The notes beneath the pieces are model-generated. The model saw only the letters and a program-made list of their open reading frames with translations. It was not told the DNA's origin and ran no database searches. Both the position numbers and the translations under genes were made by a program. Of a DNA stretch of 64,000 nucleotides, positions 18,810 through 31,152 are shown piece by piece (within the stretch, counting starts at the first letter, position 1; every line of letters begins with the position of its first letter). Location of the stretch: assembly GCA_963758295.1 (NCBI GenBank), contig CAVWUU010000001.1, forward strand, positions 640,001-704,000, given 5' to 3'. This DNA comes from Candidatus Eremiobacteria bacterium. GTDB taxonomy: Bacteria; Vulcanimicrobiota; Vulcanimicrobiia; Vulcanimicrobiales; Vulcanimicrobiaceae.

Positions 18810-19936
18810 TTCAGACGATCGGCGTCATCGGGGGCGGCCAGCTTGGCCGCATGTTCGCAATCGACGCAAAGCGCATGGGCTATTCCGTAATTGCGCTCGA
18901 TCCGCAGCCGAATTCGCCGTGCGGTCAAGTCTCCGACGAACAGATCGTCGCGCGGTACGACGATCTGCAGGCCATCGAAGACTTAGGAAAGCGAACCGAC
19001 GTCGTCACGTACGAGTTCGAAAACATCGCTATCGAATCGGTCGAACATCTCGAGCGCAACGGCTACGTCGTTACGCCCTCGAGCGACGTGCTGCGAATCA
19101 CGCAGAACCGGCTTTTCGAAAAGCGCTTCGTGCGCGAGTGCGGCATTCCGACCGCGGACTTCGAAGAAGTCAACGACGAAAACGATCTCATGCGCGCAGC
19201 GGAAACGGTCGGCTATCCGGCGATCTTAAAAACGGTCCGCGGCGGCTACGACGGCAAAGGCCAATGGCGCGTGCATTCACTGCACGAAGCTAAAGACGCG
19301 CTGAATGCGGCCAAGGGCGCGCAGCTCATTTGGGAGCGTATGATTCCCTTCGCATGCGAGCTGAGCGTCATTGCCACGCGCGGCTCCGACGATACCGTCG
19401 TCACTTACCCGGTGGCGGAGAACACACACGATAGCGGCATCCTCGCCATGACGGTCGCGCCGGCGCGCATCAGCGAAGAACTCGCGGGCGTCGCGCGCGC
19501 CATGGCTACGACCATCGGCCGCCGGTTGAAAATCGGCGGCACGTATTGCGTCGAATTCTTCTTAGGCGAAGGCGATCTTCTAATGGTGAACGAGATCGCG
19601 CCGCGCCCTCACAATAGCGGCCATTACACGATCGACGTAACGCAATGCTCGCAATACGAGCAGCACGTACGCGCGATCTGCGATCTTCCGCTCTCGCCGC
19701 CGGAGCTGCTGCGCAGCGCCGTGATGATGAATATCCTCGGGACAGGCGACGGCGACCACCTTCAGGGCGTCTACGAGCTGCTCTCCGACCCGGATATCGT
19801 GCTGCACATGTACGGCAAACGCCACGCGGTAGATCGCCGCAAGATGGGACATTTCACGATGCTCGTTGCCGGCGAAGTAGGCGAAGCGGCAATTCTTCGC
19901 GCCGAACAGCGCCACGAGCGCTTGCGCTGGAGCTAA
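18806..19936 (+). CDS. purK: N5-CAIR synthetase
   Basis: [38 protein letters not shown]. Confidence 0.96.
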   Translation: MIQTIGVIGGGQLGRMFAIDAKRMGYSVIALDPQPNSPCGQVSDEQIVARYDDLQAIEDLGKRTDVVTYEFENIAIESVEHLERNGYVVTPSSDVLRITQNRLFEKRFVRECGIPTADFEEVNDENDLMRAAETVGYPAILKTVRGGYDGKGQWRVHSLHEAKDALNAAKGAQLIWERMIPFACELSVIATRGSDDTVVTYPVAENTHDSGILAMTVAPARISEELAGVARAMATTIGRRLKIGGTYCVEFFLGEGDLLMVNEIAPRPHNSGHYTIDVTQCSQYEQHVRAICDLPLSPPELLRSAVMMNILGTGDGDHLQGVYELLSDPDIVLHMYGKRHAVDRRKMGHFTMLVAGEVGEAAILRAEQRHERLRWS

Positions 19937-19938
19937 GC

Positions 19939-20307
19939 GTGCCTAACGGCGACGTACGCGCTACCGACACGCTTGCAAACGAGCGAACGTATCTAGCCTA
20001 CATTCGTACGGCTCTGGCATTCGTGGCCTTCGGATTCGTCGTAGCGCGCTTCGCATTGTTCTCGCGAGAAATCTCGGTGATTGCCGCGCAAGTTCGTGTT
20101 CCGGCCACGGGCATTTCGCGCGTGCTTGGAATCGCCATGGTCGCAGCCGGTATTGCGTATGGCCTTTACGGCTCGTGGCGCTATGCGGTTATGGATCGCG
20201 CCTTGCGCGAGGGAAAGAACCTCACGCTTTCGCCGTCGGTCGCCTATACGGGCGCGGCAATCGTTGGAATCATCGGCGTCATTATCGCCGTAAATTTGTT
20301 TTTTTAG
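19939..20307 (+). CDS. DUF202/YidH-like membrane protein
   Basis: LANERTYLAYIRT; GTG start. Confidence 0.85.
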   Translation: MPNGDVRATDTLANERTYLAYIRTALAFVAFGFVVARFALFSREISVIAAQVRVPATGISRVLGIAMVAAGIAYGLYGSWRYAVMDRALREGKNLTLSPSVAYTGAAIVGIIGVIIAVNLFF

Positions 20308-21447
20308 AAGCCGAGCGACTTCGGTTTTTCCGGAATGTCGGTATAGCCCATCGGCCGGTCCCACCAATCGTGTTTGCGCCATTCGAGCTGCTCTTGCGTC
20401 GGCTTCGGCGGAGTTTTTAGCTCCAGCGCTTTTTCGTACGCCGCAAGATACCGGTCGATCATCGCTTCGGTCGTAAAGTGCTTGTCGACGCGGGCGCGAC
20501 AGGAAGCACGATTGAGCGAATGCAGGTCGCCAACGCGCGTGGTGGCCTCTTCGACGGTGTTGCAAACGTAGCCGGTCACATTATCGGCAACGACCTCGGG
20601 CACTGACCCCATATTGGCGCCAAGTACCGGCGTTCCGCACGCCATCGCTTCGATCATCGTCAAGCCGAAGCGTTCCGGGCGCGTCGTCATGTGCACGAGG
20701 GCGAGTGCATTGCTGAGCAGTTCGTTTCGCGCTTCACGCTCGACCGCGCCGAGAAACTGAATCTGGTCGCCGTCGATGTGCGGCTGCACTTCCTTTTGAA
20801 AATACTCTTCATCTTGCGGAATCGCCGCGATCTTCAGGCGCACGCCGGCTTCTTTGGCGATCTCGATCGCGAGATGCGTGCCCTTCTCCGGATGGAAACG
20901 CCCCAGAAACACGAGATAGTCGCCGGGACGCGACGTGAACGTAAACTCTTTCGGATCGATCCCGTTGTACGTCGTTCCTAAATAGGAAAGGCCTGGATCG
21001 CGGTCGGCATTGCTGATCGAGCAGTAGAAGCTGCGCCACGCACACGCATAGTACGCTGCGAGGATTTGCGGTGACGAAAAGCCGTGGATCGTCGTCAGCA
21101 GCGGCGGGGCCGTCGATCCAAGCGCGTACGTCATCGGCTTCCAATCGAAGTTGTTGTGAATCAGATCGAATTCGCCGGCGCGGCGAAACAACTCGCCGAT
21201 GTGCAAGGCGGAGAACACGTCGCCGTTTAGCGCCGGGATCTTCGTTTAGCCCGACTGGAATGACGATCTCGAGCCGGCCCTCGAATTTCGAGTTCCCGGT
21301 CGCGAAAAGCGTGACGTCGAGTCCGCGCCGCCGCATGCCGTCGGCAATGTTGAACGCGATCTGTTCCCACGGACCATACCCGGTCGGCGGTGTCGGCCAT
21401 GCGATCGGCGCGAGCACGGCAAGACGAAGTCCGGCGAAGTTCATCAC
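20304..21447 (-). CDS. Glycosyltransferase family 4 (one frameshift at about 21230)
   Basis: PPTGYGPWE, FLGRFHPEKG, ERFGLTMIEAMACGTPV. Confidence 0.88.
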
Positions 21448-21464
21448 CGGCTTCGTTACCCAAA

Positions 21465-22630
21465 TTAACGGCGATTTCGCCGGCTTTGATTACGGCTTGC
21501 GGAGAACGCAGCGCGCGAACATCTTCGCCGGCGTCGCCGTCGAGCAGCAGCAGGTCGGCCGGTTCGCCTGCGGCGAGGACGCCGCGGTGCAATCCCGAGC
21601 AGTTCAGCCGCGACGGCGGTTGCTGCGTGCAGCGCCTGCTGCGGCGTCATGCCGAGCAGCGTGTGCATCAATTCCACTTCGTAAGCGTAGTTATCGTGAA
21701 AATTGATACGGCGTACCGGCGTCGGAGCCGCCCGCGATCTTCACGCCGCCTTCGAAAGCACGCCGGATGTTGCGCTGCATCGCTTCGTTCACCAACTCCG
21801 CCTTTGCGACGACCCAATCGGGCTGAGCGCCGTTCCCGACATTTTCTAAGATGCACGTCGGCGCGGTCAGCGTGGGCACGAGATAGACATCGTGAGATTT
21901 GAACAAGCTCGATCGCTTCGTCGTCGAGCATATGGCCATGCTCGATCGGAATCGATGCCCGCGCGCAAGAGCGTTCTTGATCCCTTCCGTGCCGATTGCA
22001 TGTGCAGCAACGCGCAAACCGTGACGGTGTGCTTCATGAATTGCAGCTTCGAGCTCTTCGGGAAGCAGCTGCGCGTTGCCGGGAACGGCGCCTTTCGTCA
22101 GAACGCCGCCGGTTGCGATGACTTTGATGCAATCGGCGCCGGCCCAAAGTTGCTCGCGCACGGCTTTGCGGGCTTCCCACGGACTGTCGATCGTGCGCCC
22201 GAGAAACCAGCCGTGGCCGCCCGTCATGCACAGCACCGATCCGGCCGTGCGGATGCGCGGGCCGGGGATCGGCCCCGCGTTATGGCGTCGCGCAACGTCC
22301 GCGACAATGGCGTTGGAACATGCCGAGGTCACGAATCGTCGTGACGCCGGACGCCAGCGTTTTGCGCGCGTTCTCGACGGCGCGCAGCAGGCGTTGGTTC
22401 GGCGTCATCGACGCAACCGCGCCCATAGAGTTCGGGCTCGCCGCTCATCTCGAGATGAACGTGCGCGTTTACAAGCCCCGGCGTAACGCACGCGGCTATG
22501 CGATCGTAGCTCGTACCGTCACCTGCGGCGCGAATGTCGCAACGATTGCGGCGCCGTCGATAACGATGTCGACGTTCGTCTGCGGCGCTGCGAGCGTGCC
22601 GTCGTAGAGCTTTCCGGCGCGAACGATCAT
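21465..22630 (-). CDS. Amidohydrolase (Xaa-Pro dipeptidase-like), multiple frameshifts
   Basis: PGLVNAHVH, GADCIKVIATGG, VAAHA, GSDAGTP, G.PADL across frames. Confidence 0.8.
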
Positions 22631-23567
22631 GGAGCGGCCGCGCGGCAGCGCGAGCGTCGGAAGCTTCCAATGCCTGGAACGTTTTGCTGGTGAGCGTGTG
22701 GCCGCAGACACGCTGCCGATGAAGCGTGACGCGGCGCGCACTTTGGCGAGATCGACGCCGGTTTCGATGCCCATCGAATGCAGCAGATACAGCACGTCTT
22801 CCGTACCGACGTTCCCTGTTGCGCCCGGGGCATAGGGACATCCGCCCAGGCCGCCGGCAGAACTGAATCGAAGATCGTGCACGCCGTGCTAGCAGCGCCG
22901 CATAGATATTGGCAGCGCGGTGCCGCGCGTATCGTGAAAGTGAAACGCGAGATTGTCGAGCGGAATGTGCTTGTAGCAGAGCCGGAACGAGCTCGTCGAC
23001 TTGGCTCGGGACGCCGACGCCGATCGTATCGCCGACGGAAAGTTCGTCGCAGCCCATATCGATCAGTTTCGACGCGACGTCGACGACCGTTTTGGCGTCG
23101 ATCGTGTCGCCGAACGGTGAACCGAACGCGGTCGACACGTAGCCGCGCACCCACATGCCGTCTTTCTTTCGCGGTAGACACGACGTCGTCGAAGATCGAG
23201 ATCGACTCGTCGATCGTCATGTTGATGTTGCGGCGCGTGAACGTTTCCGAGCTGCGCGTGAACACGGCGATGGCGTCTGCGCCGGCCGCTTTAGCGCGTT
23301 CGTAGCCTTTCATATTCGGCGACGAGCACGGGATAGCGCACGCCCGGCGCCTTCTTCGATTCGCGTGAAAACGTCGGCGGCATCGCCCAGTTGCGGAATC
23401 GCTTTTGGGCTGACGAACGACGTCGCTTCGATCCAGCTGCAGCCCGGTCTCGGAGAGCAGGTCGATGTAGCGAATCTTGTCGTCCGTCGAGATGCACCTC
23501 GTGTTCGTTCTGCAAGCCGTCGCGCAGCGCCCATCTCGCACAGCGTGACGGATTTTGGAAGGCTCAT
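22627..23567 (-). CDS. Hydroxymethylglutaryl-CoA lyase, multiple frameshifts
   Basis: RDGLQNE, TSFVSPKAIPQL, DTIGVG, GGLGGCPYAPGATGNV. Confidence 0.88.
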
Positions 23568-25512
23568 ACTTCTTCCAATCGTCGATCCAGCGGCGCACCG
23601 CCGCTGACGATGTCGCCTTCCTTAACGAGCACCGCTGTGACCTTCGCTGCGCCGCGTCGCCTCGATGCGATGCTCCATCTTCATGGCTTCGAGCACGACC
23701 AGGAGCCGCGCGTTCCTCGACTTCGTCGCCCTCGCGCACGGCGATCTTGACGATCTTACCCGGCATGGGCGAGCGATGCGGCCGTCGCCGCCGCCGGCGC
23801 GCGCTGCCGCCGCTCGGCGGTGGGCGGCAGCGCGCAAAGTGAAGCGCTGTACGTCGGGCCGGCGAGAAGCGCGCCGCGTACCGTCGTCGAACGACCGGCC
23901 GTTCGACCGTCAGCGTCGCCGCCGAAACGCTTCAGATGATCGGCCGTGCACCCGAGCGCGCAGCTCTCCGTCGACGTCGCCTTCCAGCTGCCAGCGAGTC
24001 CGGTCGCCGGTTGCGTCGCGTCGATCGTGAAGCGCGCGCCGTCGCTTTGCAAGCGAACCGGCATGCCGACGCCCGCCAGGCGCCAGGCGCATCGCCGTCG
24101 AGCAAGCAATGCCGCGGCGCAAGCAACGCTGCTTCCTTGGGGTGCGGCTTCGCACGAAAGATCGATTCGTCGAGCCGCTGCGGCAAGAAAACTCGTGGTC
24201 GTCTTTCCTTCGCGATACCATTCGTCGCGAACGATCCACTGCAAGCAGCGGAACGTTTGCACGAACGCCCTCGATCACGAAATCGCTAAGCGCGGCATCC
24301 ATCCGCGCGACCGCGTGTTCGCGCGATCGCTTCCGAAACAATCAGCTTCGCGAGCATCGGATCGTAGTAGACGCTGACTTCACTTCCCGTCGTAACGCCG
24401 GCGTCGACGCGAACGCCCGGTCCTTCCGGCGGTTGCCAACATGCGATCGTCCCGGTTGAGGGCAGCATGTGATTCGCCGGGTCTTCCGCGTAAATGCGCG
24501 ACTCGATCGACCACCCTCGCGGGCGCACGTCGCTCTGCGAAATTGTAAGACGTTCGCCGTTCGCGATTCGCAACTGCCATTGCACCAGATCGACACCGTA
24601 TACGAGTTCGGTGACGGGATGCTCCACTTGCAGGCGCGTGTTCATTTCGAGGAAGTAGTAGCGCCCGTCTTTGTCCAGCATGAATTCGCACGTGCCGGCG
24701 TTTACGTAGTTTACCGATTGCGCGGCGCGCGACCGCAGCGCCGCCCATCTCGGCGCGAAGTTCCGGCGACAGCGCTACCGACGGCGCTTCCTCGACGATT
24801 TTTTGGTGACGCCGCTGGATCGAGCATTCTCGCTCGCCTAAGTGAATGATGGTGCCGTGCGAGTCCGCCAAGATCTGAAACTCGATGTGCCGTGGATCGC
24901 GCAGATAGCGCTCCAGCAGGACGGCGTCGTCGCCGAAAGCTGCCAGCGCTTCGCGCTTTGCCGCTGCAAGCGCTTCGTCGAACCGCCTCGAGTGATTCCA
25001 CGACCCGCATGCCGCGACCGCCGCCGCCTGCGCTCGCTTTGATCAAGAGCGGAAAACCGACGCTCGGGCTTCGTTGCGAAGACGTTCGCCGGACTGATCG
25101 TCGCCGTCGTATCCCGGTACCGTCGGAACGTCGAATTCGCGCACGCGTTGCTTCGCCGCGATCTTGCTGCCCATGGCGGCCATTGCGTCCGGCGACGGGC
25201 CGACGAAGATCAGTCCCGCATCGGTCGACGGCCTGGCAAACGCCGCTCGTTCCGAAAGAAAACCGTACCCCGGATGCACGGCGTCGGCCTTCATATGCGA
25301 TCGCGGCGGCAATGACCGCGTCGATATTCAGATACGATTCCGGTGCGGGCGCCGGTCCGACGCAGCGTGCGTCATCCATGAACTCCAAGTGATATGCATT
25401 CGCATCCGCTTCGGAGTAAATGCCGAGCGGCGCGATGCCCATTTCCCGCGCGCCGCGCGCGACGCGAACGGCGATTTCGCCGCGATTGGCAATGAGCAAG
25501 CCGCCAAATCAT
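23564..25512 (-). CDS. mccA: 3-methylcrotonyl-CoA carboxylase biotin carboxylase/BCCP subunit, multiple frameshifts
   Basis: [46 protein letters not shown]. Confidence 0.88.
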
Positions 25513-26296
25513 TGTGCAAACTCCGCGGGGCGACGCTCGAGAAACGCGCGCAAGCCTTCTTGGCCTTCTTCGCTTACACGACGTTTTGCAATGGCGTGCT
25601 GCGGTAATGTCGCGCGACGCAGTCGTAGTCACTCGACGCAACGTCGACGAATGAGTTGTTTGCTGCGGCCGTCGCCGTGGGGCCCGGCGGTACGCAACTC
25701 GCCGAGGACGCGTTCGACGCGCACGTCGAGCGTGTCCAGCGTGGTGACGATTTCGTGGACCAGGCCAATTTGCATCGCGCGCTGCGCATCGAAGCGTTCG
25801 CCCGTCAAGAACAGCGCACGCGCGTTAGACATGCCGATCTTGGGCAGTACGAACGGCGAGATTACCGCGGGAATGATGCCGAGTTTGACTTCCGTGAACC
25901 CGAAAACCGTTTCGTCGCTGGCAATCACGATGTCGCAGACGGCCGCTAATCCGGCGCCGCCGCCCAAGCGCCGCGCCGTGGATGCGGCCGACCACCGGCT
26001 TCGCGCAGCGGTCGATCGCCCGGAACATATCGCTCATGCGCTTCGCGCGTCCCCGACGTTCGCGTCGTAGCTCAATTCCAGCGCGCCGCGCATCCAATTG
26101 ATGTCCGCGCCGCCGCAGAACGACTTGCCCTCGCCGGCAAGCACCACGGCGCGAACCGTGTCATCGGCCGCTCAGTTGAGTGAAAGTTTCGCGGAGTTCG
26201 CGGATGACGTCGGCGTTGAAGGCATTGCGGACGTCGGGGCGCGCAAGCGTCACGCGCGCGACCGCGCCGGTCGTTGAAACGGTAGATCGTAGCCAT
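25509..26296 (-). CDS. Enoyl-CoA hydratase (methylglutaconyl-CoA hydratase-like), frameshifted
   Basis: FCGGADI, GGGAGL, FTEVKLGIIPA, LTGERF; leucine catabolism context. Confidence 0.85.
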
Positions 26297-26360
26297 GGCG
26301 GACCGTTCAGTTCGTCCTTTCATCCGAAGCCCGCCTTGGGGGCGTTATACTAGTATTAGA

Positions 26361-27159
26361 ATGCGGAAGAAATCTATCGTTATGCGGTAACCACGCGCCT
26401 GAGCCACTGGCTCTGGGTCATCGCCTTCGCGGTGCTCGTTTCCAGTGGACTGCAGATCTTCAACGCGGCGCCCGTATTTGGACGCCTCGGATAAGTCCAA
26501 TCCGGCGCGGCGCGTTCTTTCGATCCAGTCGCCGGCGGACGGCGTCGGGACCACGACGCTCTTCGGGCGAACCGTTACCACGACCGGATGGCTTGGCTGG
26601 ACGGACGACGGGATGGGCGGCAAAGGGGCGCGCGCGGTTCCCGAGCTGGATCACGATCCCATCGTTCCAAGATCTAGCCGACGGCCGGCGCTGGCATCTG
26701 TTCTTCGCCTGGTTTGCGCTCTTATGTTGGCTCGCGTGGCTCGTCTCGAGCGCGATCAAAGGGAATCTCCGCGACCTCGTGCTCCGGCCTTCGGACCTGC
26801 CGAAGCTCTGGCCGATGCAAGCCTATTACCTGCGCTTGCGCAAAGAGCCGCCGCCGCACGGGACGTACAACCCGCTGCAGAAAGCGTCTTATACCGCAAT
26901 CATGTTCGTCATCGCGCCGCTAGTCGTGCTTACCGGGCTCGCGCTTTCCCCTGGAATCGATGCCGTCGCGCAGCCGCTAACGGCGGTCTTCGGCGGACGG
27001 CAGTTCGCAAGGCTTTGGCATTTCGCGGGAATGCTGCTTCTGATTGCCTTTTTCGTGATTCACACGTTCCAAGTTGCGACGCAAGGCGTCTTCAATCAAA
27101 TGCGTTCGATGATAACCGGCTGGTATCGCGCCGGCGAGCGTGACGGAGTAGGACCGTGA
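26361..27159 (+). CDS. Cytochrome b/b6-domain membrane protein, frameshifted
   Basis: RLSHW...SGLQIFNA, RRWHLFFAW, YNPLQK, ARLWHF. Confidence 0.85.
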
Positions 27160-27897
27160 AACGGAAGCTTTTTATCGCAAGCACGATCTCCTCAGCACTC
27201 GCAGCGTGCTCGCCGATCGGCACCGCGTTAAATCAGAACGAGCGTTTTCACGCCTTCCTTGGAAACGGGGAGAAAGTCTCGCATGCGCTGATCGGCACGT
27301 CGGGCCTGGCTCGTGAATACCGCGAAAGCGACGTCGACCGGCAGTTTCGCGTGAACGGCCTTGCAACGCCGAGCGACGCTCAGTATTCCGACTTGGTGCA
27401 GCGCCATTTTGGACCGTACCGCCTCGTCGTCGACGGAGCCGTCGAACGCGCGAGGCGCCTTCACGCTCGATCAGTTGCAAAGCCTGCCCCAAATGACGCA
27501 GATTACTCGTCACGACTGCGTCGAGGGTTGGAGCGCCATCGGCAAATGGAGCGGGGTGCGTTTGAGCGATCTGCTCGGGGCCGTGTCGCCGCGTTCCGAT
27601 GCGCGCTACGTCGTCTTCCATTGCATGGACAAAGACGATCAAGGCACCCCGTATTACGAAAGCCTCGATATGCATCAGGCGCGGCATCCGCAAACGTTGC
27701 TGGCCCTTCGCCTCAACGATGCTGCCCTCGATCCCGACCACGGCGCGCCGGTTCGTTTACGCGTTCCGACGCAACTCGGGTATAAGAGCGCCAAGTGGAT
27801 CGGCCGTATCGAAGTCGTCGGCAGTTTCGCGAATCTTTACTCCGGTAACGGCGGCTATTGGGAGGATCAGGGATACGAATGGTACGCGGGGATTTAA
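27156..27897 (+). CDS. Molybdopterin-dependent oxidoreductase (sulfite oxidase/MsrP-like), frameshift at about 27450
   Basis: RHDCVEGWS, HPQTLLA, HGAPVRL, GYKSAK, GGYWED. Confidence 0.88.
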
Positions 27898-28496
27898 GCG
27901 CGCTTCTGGCCTTTGCATTGCTCGCTGCAACGCCGGCTATGACGTTCGACCTCTCCGGGGATGGCTCGCAGTGGGCCGCCGGAATCAGCAAAAGAACGGT
28001 CGGGCACGCGAACGGCATGACGTACGCCCAGTGGTACATCGCGATCAAGCATAACGGAAGCGTGGCGTACGAATCGCCGCGCGACGGCGGCCCTCTCACG
28101 AAGGTCTCGAAGGCACACGGCGCAGAGATGTGGTTCCCTTCGCAATCCGCGCAGATCGTGGGCGCGGCTGCGTTGATGGGCTCGAGTGCGCAACAGCTTG
28201 TCGTCGACTCACACGAGACGGGCGCTGATTGCGGCAGCGCAACGGTAACGATTTTTCGCTACGACAATGCCTCGCGCAAAGTCGTTCCGGCCGCCACGGT
28301 GCAAAACGGGTGCGAACTCACCGCCAAGATCAGCGGCTCAAACGTCGTGCTAACCGGTCCATATTACGCGAAGAACGCCGCGATGTGCTGCCCGACCAAA
28401 CCAAAAGCCACGGCAACGCTCGTGTATCGCAATTCTCGCTGGATCGAAACCCCGCAATACTTCGCCCTTTATCCCAACGCTTTTCCACGAATGTAG
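27879..28496 (+). CDS. Hypothetical secreted protein with C-terminal CCP motif
   Basis: Signal peptide; YAKNAAMCCPT. Confidence 0.65.
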   Translation: MVRGDLSALLAFALLAATPAMTFDLSGDGSQWAAGISKRTVGHANGMTYAQWYIAIKHNGSVAYESPRDGGPLTKVSKAHGAEMWFPSQSAQIVGAAALMGSSAQQLVVDSHETGADCGSATVTIFRYDNASRKVVPAATVQNGCELTAKISGSNVVLTGPYYAKNAAMCCPTKPKATATLVYRNSRWIETPQYFALYPNAFPRM

Positions 28497-28572
28497 ACGA
28501 GATGTCTACCGCAATCGCGCCGGGACCGAAACCCGCCTAAGGCGTCATTCCGAGCTTTTCGAAGGACAGGCG

Positions 28573-29471
28573 CTAAACGGCCTCGCCGGGGATGACTTCG
28601 GCGGCGGTCTGTTTTGTTAGGGCGATCGCCATGCCGGCGACGACCGCAAGCGAGCCGGCAATTTCACGGATGCCGAAGTGTTCGCCGCCAAAGATGACGC
28701 CCACGATCACCGCGAGTACCGGGATAATAAGTGAAGAAAGTCCCACGATCCACGCGGGGATGCGCTGCAGCAGCCAAAGGTTGAAGAAGAACGCCACGCC
28801 GCTGCCGATAAGCGACAGATAGGCGATGGCGCCGAGCGACGGAACGCTGAAGACTTTTGCCCAATCGGGATGCTCGCTTACAACTCCAAAAGTGCCGACC
28901 GCAATTCCCGCGAGAATCATCGCCGGCGGCAGCGTCACCAGAGGCGCGTGATGCGCGTGTCGTTTCGCATAGACGTTGGCGAATGCCGACGACGCGGCCG
29001 CGGCGATCGCGCACAAAGCGCAAAGAGCGGCGAGCCCTGCACCTGCGAGCCGAGCGAGATGATCGCAACGCCGATGAAGGCAACGAATGCACCTACCCAA
29101 ATGCGCGGCGTCGTGCGCTCGTGCGCTAGATAATGTCCGAGCCCGAACATGAAGAACGGCAGAATCCCGAACAGCACCGCTACGAGGCCGGAGTCCAACC
29201 GCGTCTCGGCGGTATACGTAAAGATGTAGTTCAGGCCGAAAAGAAACACAGCGAGAACGCCCACGAGTTTCCACGGAACCGGTCCACGCGTACCGCGCTG
29301 GAATAGGGCGACCACGCCCAACGCCAGGCCCGCGATGACGAAACGCAGGCCCACGCCGGTCATCGGCGGAGCGTAGTGCAGCGCCACTTTGATGACGAGC
29401 CACGTCGTGCCCCAGATCGAACACATTGCCGCATAGGCGCCGGCGACGCCGGCGCGCTCGTTGGAAAGCAT
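28573..29471 (-). CDS. EamA/DMT family transporter (frameshift at about 29010)
   Basis: IWGTTWLVIK, LRF, GE motif, about 10 TM helices. Confidence 0.85.
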
Positions 29472-29474
29472 GCG

Positions 29475-31064
29475 TTACATTCGGAAGATGCCGAAGTTCG
29501 TCTGCGGCAGCGGTGCATTCGCGGCCGCGTCGAGCCCAATGGCAATTACGCGGCGCGTATCCAGCGGGTCGATGATGCCGTCATCCCATAAGCGGGCCGT
29601 CGAGTAGTACGGACTGCCTTCGCGTTCGTACTTTTCAAGAATCGGTGCTTCGAACGCGGCCTTTTCCTTTTCCGTCATGTTGCCTTTGACGGTCGAAAGC
29701 ACGCTCGCGGCTTGCGGACCGCCCATGACGCTGATGCGCGCATTCGGCCACATCCAGAGCTGGCGCGGCGAATAGGCGCGGCCGCACATGCCGTAATTGC
29801 CGGCGCCGAAGCTGCCCCCGATCACGACGGTAAATTTCGGAACTTCGGCACACGCAACGGCGGTTACGAGCTTCGCGCCGTCTTTGGCAATGCCGCCGTT
29901 TTCGTATTCCTTGCCAACCATGAAGCCGGTGATGTTTTGCAAGAACAGTAACGGCGTTCCACGTTGGACGCACAGTTCGATGAAGTGGGCGCCTTTGAGC
30001 GCGCTTTCGCTGAAGAGGATGCCGTTGTTCGCAAGAATGCCGACCGGGTGGCCTTCGATGCGGGCAAAGCCGCATACGAGCGTTGTGCCGTACCGTGCTT
30101 TGAACTCGTGCAACTCCGAACCGTCAACGAGGCGCGCGATGATTTCGCGCACGTCGTAGCCGATGCGGCTATCTGCCGGGATGATGCCGTAAATTTCGCG
30201 CGGATCGTATTTCGGCTCGCGCGGTTCGGTGCGATCCCACTGCTGCGGCAGCTCGCGATGCAAGTTCCGCACGACCTCACGCACGATGCCCAGTGCGTGG
30301 TCGTCATCGTTGGCGAAATGATCGGCAACTCCCGAGATGCGCGTATGAACGTCGGCGCCGCCCAATTCTTCCGCGGTAACTTCTTCGCCGGTTGCAGCTT
30401 TAACAAGCGGCGGTCCACCGAGAAAAATCGTGCCGTTGCCCTTGACGATAACGGTCTCGTCGCTCATGGCCGGGACGTACGCCCCGCCCGCGGTGCACGA
30501 TCCCATCACCGATGCAATCTGAGGGATGCGTTTTCCCGACATGCGCGCTTGATTGTAAAAAATGCGGCCGAAGTGATCGCGATCGGGAAAGACGTCGGCC
30601 TGGAGCGGCAGAAAGGCTCCGCCGGAATCGACGAGATAAATGCACGGCAGGTGGTTCTGCTCGGCGATCTCCTGAGCGCGGAGATGTTTCTTCACCGTCA
30701 TGGGGTAGTACGTACCGCCTTTGACGGTGGCATCGTTCGCGACGATGACGCACTGCTGGCCTTCGACGATGCCGATGCCGGTGATGATTCCGGCCGACGG
30801 CGAGCCGTCTTCGTACATGCCGTTCGCGGCGAGGGCGGAAAACTCGAGGAAGTCCGAGCCGTTGTCGACGAGGGTGTCGATCCGCTCGCGCGCGGTAAGC
30901 TTGCCGCGCTTGCGGTGCTTGGCAACGGCCTCCGGGCCGCCGCCGGCGCGTACGGCCATCAGCCGCTTGCGATAATCTGCGACTAAAGACTCCATGCGGT
31001 CCGCGTTTTTCGCGAACGCATCGCTACGCCGCTCTAGGCGCGTTTCCAACAAACTCACGGCCAT
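29475..31064 (-). CDS. mccB: 3-methylcrotonyl-CoA carboxylase carboxyltransferase subunit
   Basis: [40 protein letters not shown]. Confidence 0.94.
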   Translation of the reverse strand: MAVSLLETRLERRSDAFAKNADRMESLVADYRKRLMAVRAGGGPEAVAKHRKRGKLTARERIDTLVDNGSDFLEFSALAANGMYEDGSPSAGIITGIGIVEGQQCVIVANDATVKGGTYYPMTVKKHLRAQEIAEQNHLPCIYLVDSGGAFLPLQADVFPDRDHFGRIFYNQARMSGKRIPQIASVMGSCTAGGAYVPAMSDETVIVKGNGTIFLGGPPLVKAATGEEVTAEELGGADVHTRISGVADHFANDDDHALGIVREVVRNLHRELPQQWDRTEPREPKYDPREIYGIIPADSRIGYDVREIIARLVDGSELHEFKARYGTTLVCGFARIEGHPVGILANNGILFSESALKGAHFIELCVQRGTPLLFLQNITGFMVGKEYENGGIAKDGAKLVTAVACAEVPKFTVVIGGSFGAGNYGMCGRAYSPRQLWMWPNARISVMGGPQAASVLSTVKGNMTEKEKAAFEAPILEKYEREGSPYYSTARLWDDGIIDPLDTRRVIAIGLDAAANAPLPQTNFGIFRM

Positions 31065-31152
31065 CGCTGTTCGGCATAATTTAATCCGCTTCCCCGCGTT
31101 GGTTAATGGGGCTTTAAAACGGATCTCCGAGAATTGTCGTTAGAGTATATGT

